From positions 107,285,894 to 107,349,893 of the forward strand of contig NC_068983.1 in assembly GCF_001194135.2 (NCBI RefSeq): DNA of 64,000 nucleotides, in the 5' to 3' direction. This document shows, in pieces, positions 62,021 to 64,000 of the stretch (position 1 is the first letter of the stretch; each line of letters begins with the position of its first letter). Both the position numbers and the translations under genes were made by a program. Under the pieces are notes generated by a model. The model searched no databases, had not been told where the DNA came from, and worked only from the letters and a program-made list of their open reading frames with translations. This DNA comes from Octopus bimaculoides. Its lineage: Eukaryota.

Positions 62021-62293
62021 CAGTGGCTCAGGAACAAAATTGCTTAGGGGGTGCAAACCCAGGTCCAAAATTTTTTACAAACAAGGTCCTGTTTTTTTTT
62101 TCTGTTATTTATTTTTGTGATTTGTTCTTTGAGAAGGAACCTAACTTCAAGCTACTTTTTACTCATCATTTTTTTATTCACTGTTTCGTAAACCTGAGAA
62201 AAATAAGTAGGGCTGCAAATTTTGGTTCTGCACTCTGCAAAAATTCTAGAGGGTGCACTTGCACCACCTGCACCCCCTGTTCCCAGGCCCATG
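62021..62293. mobile_element. Probable hAT-type MITE in a (CATA)n tract
   Basis: Imperfect termini CAGTGGCTCAGGAACA versus reverse complement CATGGGCCTGGGAACA (11/16), subterminal GGGGGTGCA motifs at both ends, and CATACATA on both sides. The flanking match is uninformative inside a microsatellite. Confidence 0.55.
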
Positions 62294-62659
62294 CATACAT
62301 ACATATATTTTGCATAAAAACTTTGAAACACTCGCTTTCAAAGAAAAAAAGCAAAGGAAACTGATATGGATTCTCCAAATCCAATCTATTAGTGGCAATG
62401 TGAAGATTTGTAAGACATTCCAAAAGTTCGCCATCTGAGATTCTTATGTGAATAGATGCAAACACTTGGGTGTATGCATAGACAGCTCAACCAATACACC
62501 AACTCAACCACATATTTACAAACACGAGGAAATCTTGCTTTGTTAGCAATTGGCTTGAAATCTCTCAAGAAGAGTTTTTATTAAACTCAAAGAAAAATCA
62601 CATACATGCATACATTCATCTATACATACAAACACACATGCATGCATGCACACACAAAC

Positions 62660-62691
<32 letters not shown>

Positions 62692-63185
62692 TCATTGCAC
62701 TGCTGCTTTAGTTACTACCATTAAAAGCCTCACAAAGACTTGGCCAACAATCTTCCAAGTTGTAATTGAATGTGGAACAATTGTCTCTCAGGTTATAAAT
62801 ATTTCAAAGAGAATATTCCAAGGATACTGTCTATGTTTGTTTCTGTTTACTTGGCACTAAATACAATAATTTCTTTTAAAAACATACAGTAGTTATGTGT
62901 TAGGCTCTACAATAACAAGACACACCAATATAATCCATAACTTCTTTGTAGAAGAGCTAAAGGTCTATATTAGAAATATCTTTACAATGCTGGAAGCCAG
63001 CTGGATTTTGTAACACCCTAATAAAGAAATAATGTTTGATGAGAAGAAATATTCTCTTCTGATAGCTGAACATTAAAAAAACTGCTCCCTAAACACAAAA
63101 TCTTTACATCAATGGTCTTCATATCTAATCTGTTCCACATAATAAGTACGTTTTGAAGAAAATATATTATAGAAAGGTGCATTTA

Positions 63186-63402
63186 CCCTTTTGTTACCAA
63201 ATTTTTATTAAAATTACACTCTCTCTGTTTCAACTAATTTTGAAAATTGTGAAGAATTTAATAAAATAACTATATCATTATTAAGCTGGCGTTTGGAGCA
63301 GAAATCAGATTGAAATTTTGATAGATTTTAATTTAGATCAATTTCAAGAATAAGCTTGTACCATAAAACCAAGGTTTTAGTAGCTCTTTAGTAGTAGAAG
63401 GG
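63186..63402. mobile_element. piggyBac-type MITE, same family as 11730-11951
   Basis: TTTA|CCCTTTTGTTACCA...AGAAGGG|TTAG, with similar internal sequence and length. Confidence 0.75.
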
Positions 63403-64000
63403 TTAGTGTCCTTTAGACAAAGACAATGTAGCTTTAAACCTCCCAAGATGTGATAGAAAATTACGATTATATCACATTTCTGCAGAAGGCATTACACATG
63501 GGATCTGCAGCTGTTCAAAAATGTCAAGGTACTACCTTCCTATACAACGTGATATTGCTAAAATAATATGTAATGCTGTTGTTCAGAGGAAAAATTACTG
63601 TAGGATATATATATATATATAGAAAATATATTGTTGAATAAATACATAAATCAACAAAAGGAATATTTGTGGAAAATTCCAATCAAAACTTCTACCAAAT
63701 ATAAACAGGCCCAATGTAGTTGTTTGGGGAAGAAAAGGAAATCATGTAGTCATAGAGTTAATCGCTTAACAAGTCTGAACATTTCTTTCAAAATTGGTGA
63801 GAAAGAGAATATTGACAGGGAAATTCTTTGAAATCTACAGCTTCTCTACTCAGATTATAAATTCATGTATTTACAGCTATAATTATTGGTGCCTTTGGTT
63901 ATGGCATTACTTATCTATGTGATAATCTATGGTTTTCAGGCAAAGAAAGGGACCAGTGAAAATGCACTTTACAGATAGAAACTGTAAGTAGAACAGTAAA

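Overview
AT-rich eukaryotic genomic scaffold with 12 N-gaps, almost all abutting (TA)n or (CA)n tracts. The repeat families and microsatellite load look like Octopus (a coleoid cephalopod); this comes from my recall of these repeats, not a database search. I find no intact recognisable gene, RNA gene or CRISPR array. The window is mostly old and young transposable elements: RTE LINE fragments and many 3' ends with a (GAT)n tail, R4/Dong-type LINE relics with a restriction-like endonuclease, two Penelope-like GIY-YIG fragments (one beside a degenerate hammerhead motif), CR1/L2/Jockey-group LINE relics, an internally deleted mariner, piggyBac-type and hAT-type MITEs, and three modular tRNA-derived SINE groups that I label A, B and E for convenience. 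A few minus-strand splice-site-flanked segments may be exons of an unidentified host gene. The most notable structures are a 258-bp-arm inverted repeat, three SINE-B copies stacked at one target motif present four times, a hairpin-unit minisatellite of variable copy number in the RTE 3'UTR, a 564-bp element sitting inside a (TAA)n tract, and a perfect 62-bp palindrome. I cannot support a claim of a new biological system. Coordinates of decayed repeats are approximate.
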